Source of the DNA: Candidatus Levybacteria bacterium RIFCSPHIGHO2_01_FULL_38_26
Lineage (GTDB): Bacteria > Patescibacteriota > Microgenomatia > Levybacterales > UBA12049
Assembly: GCA_001782075.1 (NCBI GenBank)
Contig: MFNO01000004.1
Coordinates: 1 to 60,856 of the forward strand
DNA: 60,856 bases
Reading direction: 5' to 3'
Of the stretch, positions 30,727 to 40,045 are shown piece by piece. A program made the position numbers and the translations under genes. Under the pieces are notes generated by a model. The model ran no database searches, was not told the origin of the DNA, and saw only the letters and a list, made by a program, of their open reading frames with translations. The stretch's first letter is position 1; each line of letters starts with the position of its first letter.

Positions 30727-32208
30727 ATGAAAAATTGGAAAAATAAAAGGGTTGCGGTTTTGGGGTTGGGGATTGAAGGATTGTCGAGTGTAAAGTTTTT
30801 GATTAAGCATGAAGCGCAGGTGACGATTCTTGACAGGAAGAAAGAGGAAGAACTACGTAGTATCTGTCATGCTGAATTTATTTCAGCATCTAATAATCTG
30901 TCAAGTGTAAAAAGCGAGATCCTGAAACAAGTTCAGGATGACAATGGTAAAGGCATCAAGATAATTGGTGGTAAGGATTACTTAAATAACCTTGATAAGT
31001 TTGACGTAATAGTAAGAAGTCCAGGAGTAAAAAGAAACCTTCCGGAAATTATTTATGCCGAGAAAAATGGTGTTGAAATTACTTCTCAAACCAAGATTTT
31101 TTTTGATCTTTGTCCCTGTCCAATCATAGGAATTACGGGAACAAAAGGAAAAGGAACAACAGCAACCCTTGTTTACGAAATGCTAAAAAAACAAGGATTA
31201 GATGCGTATTTGGGAGGAAATATAGGAAAGCCTCCATTTGATTTTCTGGATAAATTAACTCCTCAATCGCTGGTAGTCCTAGAGTTGTCAAGTTTTCAGC
31301 TCCAAGACCTAAAAAAGAGTCCTGCCTGGCCGGCCGGCAGGCCTCATATTGCCGTAGTACTTATGATTACAAGTGAGCATTTAGACTATCACAAAGATAC
31401 AAATGAATATGTTGACGCTAAAAGAAATTTAGTCAGACATCAAGGCGCGGAGGATTTCGCGATCATAAACAGGGATTATTTGGCAAGTCTTGAATCAGAC
31501 ATTCACACGGATGCCAAGATTTTTCAGGTCAGCCGCGAGAGAGACTCGTACGATCAGGGTTGTTTTATCAAAGATAATAAGGTTTTGGTAAATAAAGACG
31601 GAGAAGAAAAAGAAATAATTTCAGCAAAAGAAATACTTTTGCCCGGGAAACATAATTTGGAAAATGTTTGCGCGGCAGTAATGGCTGCAACAATTGCAGG
31701 TGTATCAAAAGAGGATATTGTAAAAGTGTTAAAAACATTCAAAGGACTCGAGCACAGGCTGGAGCTGGTAAGTGAAATAAATGGCATCAGATATTATGAT
31801 GATTCATTTTCTACGACTCCCGAAACTGCAATTGCCGCTATTGAGGCATTCAAAAATCCAGAAATACTAATTTTAGGAGGCTCCAGCAAGGGAAGTGATT
31901 TTAGCGAATTGGGAAAAGTTATTTCAAATGCCAAAAATATCAAAGCGATTATTGGGATTGGTAAGGAATGGGGGCGCATAAAAGCGAAATTTAGAATTCC
32001 CTCCAATTCGGCGAGCAGGCATAATTCAGAATTCATAATTGTTGAGGGGGCTAAGGATATGAAGACAATTGTAGTTGCGGCTTCAAAGATTGCCGTTGCA
32101 GGAGATGTTGTTCTTCTTTCTCCAGCCTGTGCTAGTTTTGATATGTTTAAAAACTACAAGGACCGCGGAGAGCAATTTAAAATAGAAGTTAACAGTTTAA
32201 AACCATAA
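30727..32208 (+). CDS. murD: UDP-MurNAc-L-Ala--D-Glu ligase
   Basis: RSPGV, GITGTKGKGTT, GGNIG, ELSSFQL, HLDYH, LSPACASFD. Confidence 0.97.
   Translation: MKNWKNKRVAVLGLGIEGLSSVKFLIKHEAQVTILDRKKEEELRSICHAEFISASNNLSSVKSEILKQVQDDNGKGIKIIGGKDYLNNLDKFDVIVRSPGVKRNLPEIIYAEKNGVEITSQTKIFFDLCPCPIIGITGTKGKGTTATLVYEMLKKQGLDAYLGGNIGKPPFDFLDKLTPQSLVVLELSSFQLQDLKKSPAWPAGRPHIAVVLMITSEHLDYHKDTNEYVDAKRNLVRHQGAEDFAIINRDYLASLESDIHTDAKIFQVSRERDSYDQGCFIKDNKVLVNKDGEEKEIISAKEILLPGKHNLENVCAAVMAATIAGVSKEDIVKVLKTFKGLEHRLELVSEINGIRYYDDSFSTTPETAIAAIEAFKNPEILILGGSSKGSDFSELGKVISNAKNIKAIIGIGKEWGRIKAKFRIPSNSASRHNSEFIIVEGAKDMKTIVVAASKIAVAGDVVLLSPACASFDMFKNYKDRGEQFKIEVNSLKP
30865..30943. repeat. TGTCAT...ATGACA palindromic element, in frame within murD
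   Basis: Encodes CHAEFISAS...EILKQVQDD; arms identical to 5930-5999. Confidence 0.92.
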
Positions 32209-32263
32209 TTTTTATAATACCTAATTTTGACTTATAGTATTTTTGTGATATACTTTTAATACT

Positions 32264-33193
32264 ATGAGAGAAAGGCAGCCGAGAGAAAAATATTCAGGCA
32301 CACTGGCAAGTAGTTTTAGAGCCATTGGTGCAGCGGCAGTGCTTAATGCTGGCATAGCCTGTGGTAATTTAGGAGGAGCTGTAAGTATACCTTCATCAGT
32401 AAGAGAGACTTCTGTTTCGTCTGAAGAGCAAACACGACTTTTGGAGAACGGTCTTCATCTGAACGGAGATGGATTTATATCTATTCGTGATATAACTCTC
32501 CCAGATGATGTTTCCGTAGAGCTTTTACTAACGCCAGATTCTCTTTCAAGAGCAAAAAATGTTGCCGTAGTTACCCTGGTGGATAATAATGGCAATATTT
32601 TAGGTATCGAAAGCAGGTATCGACTCCTCGACACCGATTACTTTAATTTATATATGCGAGTAATGCAAGATTTGGATGACTCAATTAATTATTCTTATTT
32701 TGCAAAATTTGTTGACAGGAAGAATTCTAGCTCAAATAACAGCTGTCCTGTTAAATCCGGCTATAGCATGGGCAAAAAGGTGTCTATGCAGGAATTTAAA
32801 AGCGCAAAAGAAATTAAACTTGAAATTCGCGACGGAGATCTTATAGTTTCTGAAAATGGAAAAAATACAAATATGAGAATAAGGCCGGAAGAGTATGTGG
32901 TTAGGTCGCTTCCCGATGATAACAACTATCTTGTCGATGAATATAAAATACCAGTCGTGGAACCTTGTAGTCCTGGCAGCGGAAAAATCAGCATTGGGGG
33001 AGCAATGCGAAACGATGGTAGATTGTCTGAACCATTTAACGGAGAGGTATATGGTGGAAAAATTAGCGATCTTACAAATGGCGATGGACAGAATAGCAGA
33101 GCATTAGTAGAATTTGAAGCTACGCATGGCCTGCTTGTAGATTTAACAAAGAATGGCAATATTGCCTTAGTAGGGAATATTTCTGATAAGTAA
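32264..33193 (+). CDS. Hypothetical exported protein/lipoprotein, possible LamG/ConA-like fold
   Basis: Hydrophobic N-terminus with GIAC; ISIGG...PFNGEV. Confidence 0.5.
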   Translation: MRERQPREKYSGTLASSFRAIGAAAVLNAGIACGNLGGAVSIPSSVRETSVSSEEQTRLLENGLHLNGDGFISIRDITLPDDVSVELLLTPDSLSRAKNVAVVTLVDNNGNILGIESRYRLLDTDYFNLYMRVMQDLDDSINYSYFAKFVDRKNSSSNNSCPVKSGYSMGKKVSMQEFKSAKEIKLEIRDGDLIVSENGKNTNMRIRPEEYVVRSLPDDNNYLVDEYKIPVVEPCSPGSGKISIGGAMRNDGRLSEPFNGEVYGGKISDLTNGDGQNSRALVEFEATHGLLVDLTKNGNIALVGNISDK

Positions 33194-33246
33194 ATGCAAT
33201 AGATTATTGACAAACTGTGATATAATATTTGTTGACAATTTAAAAA

Positions 33247-33559
33247 GAAGCGCTGATCCGGAATTTTGGAACCGGGGAGGGAGGCACAAGACTGCGCTTC
33301 CCGCGCTTAGCAAAATTAATAATGCACTGAGGCGAAACAGTAAAAGTCAGCAACATGTGTCGTAGTAACGGAGCATGTCATGAATAAGGTTAACTTATTC
33401 CATCTGACTATATCCCTGGCGACAGGGATTTTTAATGGTTAAGTTAACAAAGCAGGGTGGCACCATGGTTCGACAGACTCACCATAAACGGGTCTGACAA
33501 CCGTCCTTGTAAGATTTCAATCTTAATTTGAGATTGAGTTTTACAAGGGCGGTTTTTTT
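33247..33559 (+). promoter_or_regulatory. T-box riboswitch leader, probably Trp-specific
   Basis: AGGG-TGGCACC bulge with downstream CCGTCCTT; overlapping terminator; GATCCGG...TGGAA-CCGGGGAG short Stem I; lies upstream of trp genes. Confidence 0.75.
33499..33559 (+). terminator. Intrinsic terminator of the T-box leader
   Basis: ccgtccttgtaa...ttacaagggcgg followed by T7. Confidence 0.85.
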
Positions 33560-33660
33560 GTGCACCATTGGTAGATTTATAAACAGTGTGCAATCCGCCA
33601 TAAAGCGCTCCATGAGCCGCGTTGCGAATAGTAGGTAAGGCGAATGGGAAGCTTAGGAGG

Positions 33661-33993
33661 ATGTTAGAGCAGATTATGAAAGAAAGAAGAAGTTATCAAA
33701 ATGAACTAGCCTTTAGAGCTGGCGATGCTTTGCCTTTTAATGTTAAGGATCCAAATAAAGATCAGAATATTGTTAAAGGCGCAGTAAGAGTAGTTTTGGA
33801 TGATATGTGTCAAATACAAAGTAGGAGAGGGACAATAATTTACCCTCATCAATTGTCTGAGCGCGAGGTAAATATATTACGTAGACAGCTCTTTAGACAT
33901 GGATTAGGGAAAAGAGTTGAGGCCATTGTTCCAGTTAGACTCGAAGAAGGCATGGGAACAGAAATTTTGATAGCGAAGAAGAAAAGGGGGTGA
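33661..33993 (+). CDS. Hypothetical protein
   Basis: AGGAGG directly before ATG 33661 (alternative start 33676); first ORF after the T-box. Confidence 0.55.
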   Translation: MLEQIMKERRSYQNELAFRAGDALPFNVKDPNKDQNIVKGAVRVVLDDMCQIQSRRGTIIYPHQLSEREVNILRRQLFRHGLGKRVEAIVPVRLEEGMGTEILIAKKKRG

Positions 33994-33999
33994 AAATAT

Positions 34000-34308
34000 A
34001 TGAGCATAGAATATGCGGGATTACCCAGGGAAACAATTTTAAGACTCATATATCCAGATTATGCTGGACATTTAAGAAGAACAAAAATACATAATAATGG
34101 ACAGCATAAATCCGAAAGAAATAAACAGCGTGTTATAGAACATAAGCTTAAGCGAAAAAGAGACATTTCAAGCTCTAATCATAGAATCGTTGATTCAACA
34201 TTACGACCAGTTACCCTTGAAGGCTTAAGAGAATGTTTGCCAAAAGTAGGAGTTATTTTTTGTATCAAAACCAGTACAAATGATAATGTTGATCCTTTAG
34301 GTAGATAA
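34000..34308 (+). CDS. Hypothetical basic protein
   Basis: ORF packed between neighbours with a GGGGTG SD-like sequence; no recognised motif. Confidence 0.45.
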   Translation: MSIEYAGLPRETILRLIYPDYAGHLRRTKIHNNGQHKSERNKQRVIEHKLKRKRDISSSNHRIVDSTLRPVTLEGLRECLPKVGVIFCIKTSTNDNVDPLGR

Positions 34309-34317
34309 GGAACTTAT

Positions 34318-35172
34318 ATGAAAAATAGATTAACAGTTTTTGGAACAATTGAATTTGGGAGAGCAAGATTTATCAATAAGACTTATTCAGAGACGTATAT
34401 AGGCGGTAATGGCGTTCTTGCAAGTCTTGCTGCAGCTAAGTATGCAAAAGTTGATTTAGTAGGGATAATCGGTAGCGATATGAATATTAAAAAACTGGCA
34501 AAATCACTAGGAAAAAACATAGGCATAAAGAATGTACAACAGTTAAAAGGCAAAAGCTTTAATTATGGGGCAATTTATGATCCTGTAAATTTTGATTTGG
34601 TTGATGAGGAAATAGAATTTGGAGTTTATGGATCGTATGTTCCTCATGTTTTGAATCGTGAAGCTCAACTATCAAGATATGTTCTTTTCAGCGGTTCGAA
34701 TCCGCGTTTTAGTCTTGGCATATTAAAACAAATTGAAAAACCTGAATACGTGGCAGTTAGTACTCTTTTTTATCACTTAAAAAATAATTTTACGCATGCT
34801 TTAGATTTAATAGAGTCAGCAACATATTTATTTACCAACTCTAAAGAATACGACTACCTAGTTAGCAAAATTGAAAAAAATTTATTCAGTCGTTTTAAGA
34901 GACTTAAATATATCTTTAAGACGAAAGGCGTAAATGGGGTCGAGGTGATATCTGCTAATGACTCGCGTAATTTCAAACTTTCTAAAAAAGTTAATCCCAA
35001 AGATCCAACAAACGCAGGGGACGTTTTTGTGGGAGCTGTTATGGGAATGATTGCTGCAGGTTTTGACATAGAAAAAGACATTAAAAAAATTATTGATTCA
35101 GCTCAACGTGAGGCGACAAAGGTTATTGTAAATGATAAATATTATCGCTTAAAAGCAAAAGGAAATATATGA
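34318..35172 (+). CDS. PfkB/ribokinase family kinase
   Basis: GGNG, VGIIGSD, FTNSKE, TKGVNG, DPTNAGDVF. Confidence 0.88.
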   Translation: MKNRLTVFGTIEFGRARFINKTYSETYIGGNGVLASLAAAKYAKVDLVGIIGSDMNIKKLAKSLGKNIGIKNVQQLKGKSFNYGAIYDPVNFDLVDEEIEFGVYGSYVPHVLNREAQLSRYVLFSGSNPRFSLGILKQIEKPEYVAVSTLFYHLKNNFTHALDLIESATYLFTNSKEYDYLVSKIEKNLFSRFKRLKYIFKTKGVNGVEVISANDSRNFKLSKKVNPKDPTNAGDVFVGAVMGMIAAGFDIEKDIKKIIDSAQREATKVIVNDKYYRLKAKGNI

Positions 35173-35957
35173 AAAAAACAACAACTATATTGGATAAAAT
35201 AATAAAAAATAAAAAACTAGAATTGACAGCTGCAAAGAAAGAAGTTCCTTTAAAGTATCTTAAAAACTCAATAAAAAAGAGAAATATAAGAAGTTTTAGC
35301 AATGCAATAGGGAAAAAGAATAAGCTTAATTTAATTGCCGAAATTAAAAAATCATCTCCGTCAGGTGGTTTGATAAGAAAAGATTTTAATCATGTTTCAA
35401 TAGCAACAGAATATCAACATTCTGGTTTGGTAGATGCAATTTCTGTGCTGACAGAAAAAAGATATTTTCAGGGAGATATTAAGTTTATAAAGGATATTAA
35501 AAAAATTACTCCAATTCCAATATTAAGAAAAGATTTTATTTTTGATGAGTATCAAATATATGAATCATATCTTGCAGAAGCAGATGCATTATTACTTATA
35601 GTTGCAGTTTTAGACCCATCGGAGTTAAAGCGCTTACTTAGCCTTACTCATAAATTAGGCATGGATGCTTTAGTAGAGATTCATTCAGAAAAAGAAATAG
35701 AGATTGCATTAAAAGCAGGAACTAGAATTATTGGAATTAATGCGCGAGATTTGAAAACATTCAAAGTTAACAATGCTTTGTTTGGGAGATTGTCTAGATA
35801 CATTCCTAAGGGAATTATTAAAGTTGCTGAGTCCGGCTTAGGACAAAGAAGAGATTTGGAAAATGTCTATAGGGCAGGAGCAAATGCAGCTTTGATTGGA
35901 ACATCTATTTTAGAAGCAAAAGATATAAAAATTAAGTTGAGAGAATTAGCGGGTTAA
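35169..35957 (+). CDS. trpC: Indole-3-glycerol phosphate synthase
   Basis: IAEIKKSSPS, ISVLTE, LRKDF, LVEIH, GINARDL, VAESG. Confidence 0.96.
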   Translation: MKKTTTILDKIIKNKKLELTAAKKEVPLKYLKNSIKKRNIRSFSNAIGKKNKLNLIAEIKKSSPSGGLIRKDFNHVSIATEYQHSGLVDAISVLTEKRYFQGDIKFIKDIKKITPIPILRKDFIFDEYQIYESYLAEADALLLIVAVLDPSELKRLLSLTHKLGMDALVEIHSEKEIEIALKAGTRIIGINARDLKTFKVNNALFGRLSRYIPKGIIKVAESGLGQRRDLENVYRAGANAALIGTSILEAKDIKIKLRELAG

Positions 35958-35961
35958 GACT

Positions 35962-36786
35962 ATGAATGAGTTGTTAAAAAGATATAGGGTAGAGGCGCAA
36001 AATGAGAATAGCCTAAGAGAAGTAAGGGAGATGATTATTGCCCCTGATACTCTTACCGTATTTGATTTTGACCATACAATGTTTAAGACTAGCATCTTTC
36101 ATAGAATGTCGTTTCAGGGAGTGCTTCATGCGTTGGGAAGATCGTTAGAAATTACGCCCGAATTAGGAGCAAAACTTAAAGGGGGAGGAGACGAGGAGAT
36201 ATTTGAAATATTGCTTGATGCTTCAGGGGGAACGGATAAGAATTTGCTCTTACGAGCAATTAATGAAAGAAAAAAGATCTTAATACAAGCAGTTAAAGCA
36301 GACGGAGACCTAGCTGCCTATTTTATGCCAGGCATACCAGATGCTATAAGAAGTTTAAGAGCTTGTGGTAAGAAAGTAGGTATTGCAAGCGCAAGTCCAG
36401 ATGGTTTTGTTCAAGAATTTGTTGCAAGAGTCAGTGTAGACGGAGTTAACATAAACGATGTATTTATATCAGATGCTATTATTGGTGGTACAACAGTTAG
36501 GTCAGTTCACAATTCTCTTTCAGTTGATAGTGATTCGCCGTCCTCTCTTAATAAACCTAACCCTTTCTCTATTAGATATTCAGCAAATAAAATAAGCGGA
36601 GAACAGGGATTTCCAATTTTATACATTGGCGATGGAAGAGTAGATGCCTTGAGTGTCCGCGGAAATCAAAATATGGTTGGGTTGATAGTCAATGCGGAAG
36701 AACATGATTCATTGCGTAAAGAATTTGAGAGAGATGAAAATATTATAGTAGTAGGATCAATAGGGGAGGTTTTGAATGCAAAATAA
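35962..36786 (+). CDS. HAD-superfamily phosphatase
   Basis: VFDFDHT (motif I), IASAS (II), KPNP (III), YIGDGRVD (IV). Confidence 0.85.
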   Translation: MNELLKRYRVEAQNENSLREVREMIIAPDTLTVFDFDHTMFKTSIFHRMSFQGVLHALGRSLEITPELGAKLKGGGDEEIFEILLDASGGTDKNLLLRAINERKKILIQAVKADGDLAAYFMPGIPDAIRSLRACGKKVGIASASPDGFVQEFVARVSVDGVNINDVFISDAIIGGTTVRSVHNSLSVDSDSPSSLNKPNPFSIRYSANKISGEQGFPILYIGDGRVDALSVRGNQNMVGLIVNAEEHDSLRKEFERDENIIVVGSIGEVLNAK

Positions 36787-38005
36787 AGGGCATTTTGGAC
36801 AATTTGGGGGAAGATATGTGCCAGAAATGTTGATTCCAGCTCTTGAGGAATTGGAGAAGTCGTATTTTAAGGCAAAAAAAGATAAGGAGTTTCAGAAAAA
36901 GTTTAGTTATCATCTTAAAACCTATGCTGGTCGTCCAACTCCTTTGACATTTGCCAAAAATCTTACAGAAAAACTCGGAGGAGCAAAGATTTATCTTAAA
37001 AATGAAGGATTAAATCTAACAGGCGCGCATAAAATCACTCACTGTATTGGACAGGCACTCCTTGCAAAAAGAATGGGTAAGACAAGACTCATTGCAGAAA
37101 CAGGAGCAGGACAGCATGGCCTAGCAACGGCAACTGTTGCGGCAAAATTTGGATTTTCATGCACTATTTATATGGGAGAAGTAGATATTGTAAGGCAAAG
37201 GCCAAATGTTTTTCTCATGGAACAGCTTGGAGCAAAAGTAATTCCTGTTTCTTTTGGCAATAAAACTTTAAAAGACGCGGTTAATGCTGCTTTAAAAGAT
37301 TGGATTGAAAATGTAGATACAACGCATTATCTCTTGGGATCGGTTGTTGGTCCGCATCCATATCCTACTATGACTCGAGACTTTCAATCAGTTGTGGGAA
37401 GAGAAGTAAAAAGGCAAATTAAAAATGAAACTGGTAAATTGCCTGATTACATTATAGCTTGCGTTGGAGGAGGGAGTAATGCGATGGGTATTTTTACTGA
37501 ATTTATCAAAGAGAAAAATGTAGAGTTGATCGGGGTGGAAGCAGGCGGTAAAGGTAAGGCAGTAGGAGAAAATGCTATCAGATTCAATGGCGGGTCAATT
37601 GGAGTAGTAGAGGGGTATAAATCATATTTTTTACAAGACAGCGATGGACAAATTCAAAAAACTCACAGCATTTCGGCAGGATTAGATTATGCTGGAATAG
37701 GACCAGAGCTTGCATACTTAAAAGAAAAAGGAAGAGTAAAATTTACATCCGCTACAGATGCAGAGGCTTTAGGCGCATTTGATATTTTGGCAAAGACAGA
37801 AGGTATTATTCCTGCCTTAGAATCTTCTCATGCGGTAGCAGAAGCTATAAAACTTGCTCCAAAACTGAAAAAAAGTGACGTAATTGTCGTAAATCTTTCA
37901 GGTCGTGGAGACAAGGATTTGTTTATCTTGGCAAAAGCTTTGGGAGATGATAAGTTTATGGATTTTTTGAAAAGTTATATTAATGATGATGAACAAAATA
38001 GATAA
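36776..38005 (+). CDS. trpB: Tryptophan synthase beta chain
   Basis: [47 protein letters not shown]. Confidence 0.98.
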   Translation: MQNKGHFGQFGGRYVPEMLIPALEELEKSYFKAKKDKEFQKKFSYHLKTYAGRPTPLTFAKNLTEKLGGAKIYLKNEGLNLTGAHKITHCIGQALLAKRMGKTRLIAETGAGQHGLATATVAAKFGFSCTIYMGEVDIVRQRPNVFLMEQLGAKVIPVSFGNKTLKDAVNAALKDWIENVDTTHYLLGSVVGPHPYPTMTRDFQSVVGREVKRQIKNETGKLPDYIIACVGGGSNAMGIFTEFIKEKNVELIGVEAGGKGKAVGENAIRFNGGSIGVVEGYKSYFLQDSDGQIQKTHSISAGLDYAGIGPELAYLKEKGRVKFTSATDAEALGAFDILAKTEGIIPALESSHAVAEAIKLAPKLKKSDVIVVNLSGRGDKDLFILAKALGDDKFMDFLKSYINDDEQNR

Positions 38006-38783
38006 GCGATTGCAGAAAACAAAAAAGGAGAAAAGACTAGGATTGATGACGCATGTTGTTGTCGGCTATCCTTCTTTGGCTAAAACATTTGATATTGTAA
38101 AAATTATGGAAAAAAATGGAGTAGATTTTGTTGAGCTTCAGATACCATTCTCTGATCCGTTAGCTGATGGTACAACTATTATGAAGGCTTGTGAGAGTGC
38201 GTTAAAAAATGGCACAAAAGTTAAAGATGCTTTTGATGTTGTGGAAAAGTTGTCTGGGGAAGTGAAGATTCCGCTTCTTTTCATGGCGTACTATAATACT
38301 GTGTTTAAATACGGAACAGAAAAGTTTTGCAAAGGCGCAAGTGCGGTTGGGATAGCAGGGCTTATTGTTCCTGATATGCCGATTGAAGAGGAACAGTGTG
38401 AACATTTTGACAAATATTGTAGAAAATATAATTTGAAGAATATCAAAGTTCTATCGCCATCTTCTACGGATGAACGTTTGGAAAAAAATGAAAAGGTTGC
38501 GAGTGGTTTTGTTTATTTTACCGCAAGACAGGGAATAACTGGAGCAAAAGATACATTGGATCCAAAAATCCAGATCTATCTTAAAAAAGTAAAAAAATAT
38601 TTTTCTATTCCAGTTGCAGTTGGATTTGGTATCTCAAAGAGGGAGCACATGAGAGCATTGCAACAGCATGCTGATATAGCAGTTGTTGGAAGTGCAATTA
38701 TTGAAGTAATCAATAAGTCTAAGGATCAGGACATAGAGAAAAATGTTAGGAGTTTTATAAAGAACTTAAAAATGGTAAACTAG
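37983..38783 (+). CDS. trpA: Tryptophan synthase alpha chain
   Basis: [39 protein letters not shown]. Confidence 0.97.
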   Translation: MMMNKIDKRLQKTKKEKRLGLMTHVVVGYPSLAKTFDIVKIMEKNGVDFVELQIPFSDPLADGTTIMKACESALKNGTKVKDAFDVVEKLSGEVKIPLLFMAYYNTVFKYGTEKFCKGASAVGIAGLIVPDMPIEEEQCEHFDKYCRKYNLKNIKVLSPSSTDERLEKNEKVASGFVYFTARQGITGAKDTLDPKIQIYLKKVKKYFSIPVAVGFGISKREHMRALQQHADIAVVGSAIIEVINKSKDQDIEKNVRSFIKNLKMVN

Positions 38784-38795
38784 GGGAGACTTTAT

Positions 38796-39776
38796 ATGAA
38801 AAAGCGAGTTTATTCTGGTATACGTGCTACAGGACGATTGCATCTGGGGAATTATTTGGGAGCGGTCAAGGGGATGCTTGCTTTGCAGGACGAGTATGAC
38901 TGCATTTTTTCTGTGGTTGACTCCCATACTATTACTGTTCCCTACGATCCAAAAACACTCAAGCAATCGGTCCGTGAGATAATATTGGATTATTTAGCAG
39001 CCGGACTTGATCCTAAGAAGTGTCATTTGGAGATTCAGTCAATGGTGCCGCAGCATATAGAGCTTTCCTATTATCTTGCAACTATTTATCCTGTTTCACG
39101 TCTTGAAGATTTGCCTACATACAAAGACAAAAAAGCTCAGTACCCAAAGTATGTGAACATGGGGCTTTTGTATTATCCGGTTCTTATGGCGGCAGACGTA
39201 TTGTTGTATAAGGGAGAATTGGTGCCCGTTGGGATAGACCAGGAGCCGCATCTTGAAGTAATGCGGGAAATCGCACGAAAGTTTAATGGTATGTTTGGGC
39301 AAACATTTCCTGAGCCGCAAAGATTTAAAACAGAAGGTGAATATGTGCCCTCGTTAGCAGGCGGGGGAAAGATGAGTAAGTCTGTTGAGGGGAGTTATAT
39401 TACTTTAACTGATGATTTGGAGACAATTAGAAAGCGTTTGGCAGCTGCTCCAACAGATAGCGGACAAATCGGCGGAGAGCTTCCAAAAGAGGGTGGAGTT
39501 GCGAACTTATTTAAACTGTTAAAACTACTAAAACTTGATGTTGAGTATAAAAAATTTGAACAGGATTACAGAGATAAAAAAATTCGCTACACAGAGCTGA
39601 AAGAGGTTTTGGCGAAGGCAATTTACGAAGAACTGCAGCCGTTTCAGGAGAAAAGAAAAATCTTCAAAGAAGATCCTAAACTTGTTGATGACATCATTGA
39701 TGAAGGTAACAGAAAGTGTCTTCAAATGGCAGATAGGACGATGGGGGAAGTGAAAAAGAAGATGGGGTTGATTTAG
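38796..39776 (+). CDS. trpS: Tryptophan--tRNA ligase
   Basis: TGRLHLGNYLG, YPVLMAAD, VPVGIDQ, KMSKS. Confidence 0.97.
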   Translation: MKKRVYSGIRATGRLHLGNYLGAVKGMLALQDEYDCIFSVVDSHTITVPYDPKTLKQSVREIILDYLAAGLDPKKCHLEIQSMVPQHIELSYYLATIYPVSRLEDLPTYKDKKAQYPKYVNMGLLYYPVLMAADVLLYKGELVPVGIDQEPHLEVMREIARKFNGMFGQTFPEPQRFKTEGEYVPSLAGGGKMSKSVEGSYITLTDDLETIRKRLAAAPTDSGQIGGELPKEGGVANLFKLLKLLKLDVEYKKFEQDYRDKKIRYTELKEVLAKAIYEELQPFQEKRKIFKEDPKLVDDIIDEGNRKCLQMADRTMGEVKKKMGLI

Positions 39777-39779
39777 GAA

Positions 39780-40016
39780 GTGAAAAATTTTGTTCTCTGG
39801 TTTATCCGTTTCTATCAAAAAACCTCTTTTTTCCATAAGACGATTTTTAGAGCTCTTTTTATCTCAGACTCTGTTTGCAGATACGAGCCGACCTGCTCCA
39901 ATTACACATATCAGGCGATTGAGAAATACGGAGTATTTAAGGGTTTGTTTTTTGGCTTAAAAAGAATCATCCGTTGTCATCCGTGGGCAAAGGGAGGACA
40001 TGATCCTCTGAAGTAA
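39780..40016 (+). CDS. yidD: Membrane protein insertion efficiency factor YidD
   Basis: [10 protein letters not shown]...[13 protein letters not shown]. Confidence 0.93.
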   Translation: MKNFVLWFIRFYQKTSFFHKTIFRALFISDSVCRYEPTCSNYTYQAIEKYGVFKGLFFGLKRIIRCHPWAKGGHDPLK

Positions 40017-40045
40017 ATTTATGGTATAATAATTAAATAAATTTT

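Noticed and set aside
5930-30943. Palindromic repeats as a possible CRISPR array
   Set aside because: Copies are dispersed, not regularly spaced with unique spacers, and there are no cas genes
33322-33430. A second, canonical T-box Stem I (GCACTGA...AACAGTA)
   Set aside because: The 5' end looks similar but I could not find the AG bulge, distal loop motifs or a matching 3' strand; treated as part of the same leader
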